A stretch of 64,000 bases of DNA. Origin: Phoronis australis (lineage: Eukaryota; Animalia; Phoronida). Positions 53,001 through 64,000 of the stretch are shown here, piece after piece. The number at the start of each line of letters is the position of its first letter. Position 1 is the first letter of the stretch. Where the stretch lies: assembly GCA_002633005.1 (NCBI GenBank), contig NMRA01000090.1, positions 854,736 to 918,735 on the forward strand, given 5' to 3'. Under the pieces are notes generated by a model. That model had not been told where the DNA came from. It did no database searches and saw only the letters and a list, made by a program, of their open reading frames with translations. A program made the translations under genes and the position numbers.

Positions 53001-55010
53001 CTGCCAGCAAACTCTAAATTAGCATGAGCTCACACGGCCTCGGTGTCCCGTCAATTAGTTTTATTGCAACCAAAAGCCGGTAACGCAGTGATTTATTCAT
53101 TGCTGGCTTCTCAAATCATTTGCACTCACGAACACTCCAAAGGAATTAAAAATTGCATCTAATGAGGCAGACTTTGTTTCAGTTTTATATAAGTATCAGT
53201 TAGGGTGAGAATAATTCATATTAAAACAGAACGCTCAGTAAAAAACATCAACATGGCAACTCGCAATCCCGACTTAGACGAGAGCTCATCAGTCGATCCC
53301 TACGAGACTTCGCAGGAGGAACGTTAAGTTTCACAGGTTATCAATTCAAACAGGAATACAGTGATGAAGAAATACTAGAGAGGCGCCGTGAACAAGCTCA
53401 GACAACGGAACGTATGGATTGGATTGGATAGTTATTTGGTAAGCTGGCATTCGTCAGGCACTGTCGACGACTGCAGGCCACAGACACGGACATGTTTCAC
53501 GGCCTCATACTTCGCTATTTACAGCGCACTTTTCATTCTTCACTATCACCAGCCACTTCCTAAGCATTTCGGTCTCTCGAGGAAGCTGCATATTTCGGAC
53601 AAGCAGACAACATAGCGGCAATCACTCTGCACATGAACCACTGACGTCGCTAGCGTCGTTCCTCACCTTCCTCACGCGACATCTCTTGGCAAGGTAAGGT
53701 CGACCGTATGCGAGGCGATGTGGATATAGACCGATTAAGACGGCAAAAAAGACTAATTAAATCGGGTGGCATTCTCCTTTAAGGGGAAACCAGTCTGTGA
53801 CGTTTCCACTGTTTGGCAGCCTTGTGACTTAAGTCAGAGGGTTTGAATACAATATTTTGGGTGTTTTATGAGGCTAAAACCATGAAGGCAATTTTTAATG
53901 ATTCGGGGAAATTTTTAACCTGAGGGGAATTTTGCGTCATTTTTCATAACCTTGAGAGGGGAATGGTGCCCATATTCTGCTCCAACTTCGTGGGATTGAA
54001 GGCCCTGAAAAGGCTGAGAATTATGAACGAAAATGACATTCATTAATGTTTGGAATTGGTATTGTGGAGAACACTGTTCATTACATTGTTTTTTAATTAA
54101 ATATTGTAATGGGAAAAGCGAGTGTCTGTTAGTCGCTAAACCACCACATAAACAGAGTTGGAAGTCCGTACACTGAAAGTGTACAGTTATACATATCACA
54201 CCCGAATTGCACATCACACCTGCACACGTTGAAGGTGTGACCGTGAGAACAAATTTATCAGCAGAAACAATACGGAAAATATAACTGCACAAAAATCAAG
54301 TCCTTGAATGTACTTATTCACTCGAAGATTCAACGTTTTACTATGTTCACTTGCAGTCATTTGCATTTTAGTGAACTCGTGAACTGAAGCATTCACATGA
54401 GTAATTGGCTGGCATTCAGGTCACTACATGGCATTATTAGGTAAAGACCAAGACAACAAAATGGTAGGCCTGATGATTTAAGTCATGAATCATTGTTAGA
54501 GAAAGGTAAAAAAAGAGGTGAAATATAACTGGTAAGACCGTTTGCGGTTCCCTGAATATGTCAAGGAAATATGGTTTGATTAGTTTTAACACAATGAACA
54601 AGAATTTTCCTCAAATTCTTTTGGTTTATGTCCATTTCACCAATATTGGTGAAAAGCCCCCGGATGGCCCTTCAGCCCTGTTTAAATTTAAGAGCTGGGT
54701 ATTGCCAACTCCGTAACTAAAATGTCTATTGGCTCCCAGATTTTGCTCACACCCCGTCAGTGACTGTTATATATATCCGACCAGTGCCTCAACCAGCTAA
54801 CCGGACGGTGTGAAATTTTGATGTCTATGCGAGATAATCAAACAGCGGTTACTCATTACTGCCTGTATTTTGATTTGACGTTAGTTTTCACACAGCTAGC
54901 TAGATTTTCAGGTTTACCGACAACTGACTAGGAAAACGTCTGCTACCATTGAAACCTACCCCAAAAGGATTTGTCGTCTCGGGATCGGCAAAAGGGTTCA
55001 CGTCATCCAT
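32017..55010 (-). CDS. SCAMP: Secretory carrier-associated membrane protein (SCAMP1-3 type), ~346 aa, 9 coding exons
   Basis: Exons (minus strand) 55010-54960, 47535-47452, 46978-46817, 45799-45733, 38683-38555, 35995-35818, 33662-33564, 33058-32941, 32169-32017; GT-AG and phase-consistent. Three NPF motifs, proline-rich segment, coiled coil ([15 protein letters not shown]), NFPPLP, PCFYQD, E-peptide [15 protein letters not shown], four TM segments, [16 protein letters not shown]. Confidence 0.95.
33946..34201 (+). mobile_element. hAT-like MITE (~256 bp)
   Basis: TIR CAGGGCTT ... AAGCCCTG with TACTTT on both flanks; second copy at 22385-22652. Confidence 0.7.
34280..34572. repeat. 26-bp minisatellite, ~11 copies
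   Basis: Unit GGTCGTTTCTCTAACACTTTGCATAT with point variants; no spacers. Confidence 0.95.
36200..37560. repeat. Old element with degenerate internal subrepeats
   Basis: CAAATTTAACA.AGATCCTG..GAGGGAT.AG.AGATACAG-type units at ~36788, ~37140 and a weaker one at ~37420. Confidence 0.45.
40672..40845. repeat. 174-bp near-perfect palindrome (foldback/MITE-like) in SCAMP intron 4
   Basis: Arms of ~78 bp (GTTGCAAGTAG...TCCGAAAAGA / TCTTTTCGGA...CTACTTGCAAC) with few mismatches. Confidence 0.9.
42122..44840. mobile_element. 2.7 kb non-autonomous Tc1/mariner-pogo-type DNA transposon
   Basis: TA|CCGTAAACATTTGGGTTAAC ... GTTAACCCAAACGTTTACGG|TA; multiple subterminal TTAA(G/C)CGCCCA repeats at both ends; no transposase ORF recognised. 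Confidence 0.85.
45020..45180 (-). mobile_element. tRNA-derived SINE (head region)
   Basis: Minus strand AGGAGGCAGTGTGGCCTAATGG (A box) ... GGGTTCGAATCC (B box); no complete cloverleaf. Confidence 0.6.
46219..46342. repeat. 21-bp minisatellite, ~6 copies
   Basis: Unit ACTGAACAGGCAAGACCCAGC. Confidence 0.9.
47615..47795. repeat. Degenerate ~34-bp tandem repeat, ~5 copies
   Basis: Unit resembling GATGCTTTACACATAAAATTCACCAAGCTATAAC. Confidence 0.75.
53250..53782 (+). mobile_element. Kolobok-like non-autonomous DNA transposon fragment, copy 2 (SCAMP intron 1)
   Basis: Homologous to 755-1314; terminus ...CTCCT|TTAA at 53778/53779; remnant [22 protein letters not shown]../[29 protein letters not shown]. 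Confidence 0.6.
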
Positions 55011-55396
55011 ACTGAGGCGTCGTCTTTAGTTTGAACGTTTCGTATGACTCATTTAGGTGAAAACTGCTTGATAATAGAACTTGTGACTTGTTCACAATTT
55101 ATTTACGGAAAATGGCCGACTTCCTGAATGCGCGTGCGCATGACGTAATTTGTATTAAAAGAATAAAAAGAAAATCCAAATACAACTGACTTCCCGATAC
55201 ACAATCGTTTGTGAAACACTCTAACGTTCTTCATTACATGCAGGTGCTCAAAAGTTGATAGCAGTAGTTGTTTATTTCTCTGAAACAGATTACGTGTCAA
55301 CTAATGAATATTCAGTAGCCGCTGTCACATGACTTCCGTGTTCAGCCATATTGGACTACCTGGCAGGGGGAAGGGAGCAATTTGGCTTCTTCAACT
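55011..55396. promoter_or_regulatory. Bidirectional promoter and 5' leaders shared by SCAMP (-) and AP3B (+)
   Basis: 386 bp between divergent ATGs; YY1-like AAAATGGCCG (55109-55118), NRF1-like TGCGCGTGCGCA (55129-55140), CRE-like TGACGTAA (55141-55148), three GACTTCC ETS-like cores, MiT/TFE-type E-box GTCACATGAC (55324-55333). Confidence 0.75.

Positions 55397-64000
<8,604 letters not shown>

Overview
Eukaryotic (metazoan, probably marine invertebrate/lophotrochozoan-like; taxon is inference) genomic DNA with GT-AG introns and many transposon relics. Four spliced genes were reconstructed by hand, with phase-consistent splice sites: a 5-exon classical short-chain dehydrogenase (+, 2238-6691), a 10-exon SLC22 transporter (+, 14150-25748), a 9-exon SCAMP (-, 55010-32017) and the first six coding exons of AP-3 beta (+, 55397 to the window end). 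SCAMP and AP3B are head-to-head with 386 bp between start codons; SLC22 and SCAMP are tail-to-tail. Repeats include a fragmented R2-superfamily (HERO-like) non-LTR element, two Kolobok-like copies, a 2.7 kb TA-flanked TIR element, MITEs, tRNA-derived SINE heads, minisatellites and palindromes. The most interesting signals are: (1) a tRNA-headed, Pol III-type element carrying a hammerhead-ribozyme core (19068-19243, -); (2) the compact SCAMP/AP3B bidirectional promoter; (3) a candidate SCAMP alternative C-terminus through a 21-nt microexon and a distal terminal exon; (4) an intron-containing SDR resembling a bacterial family. Most entries in the supplied ORF track are non-coding noise.
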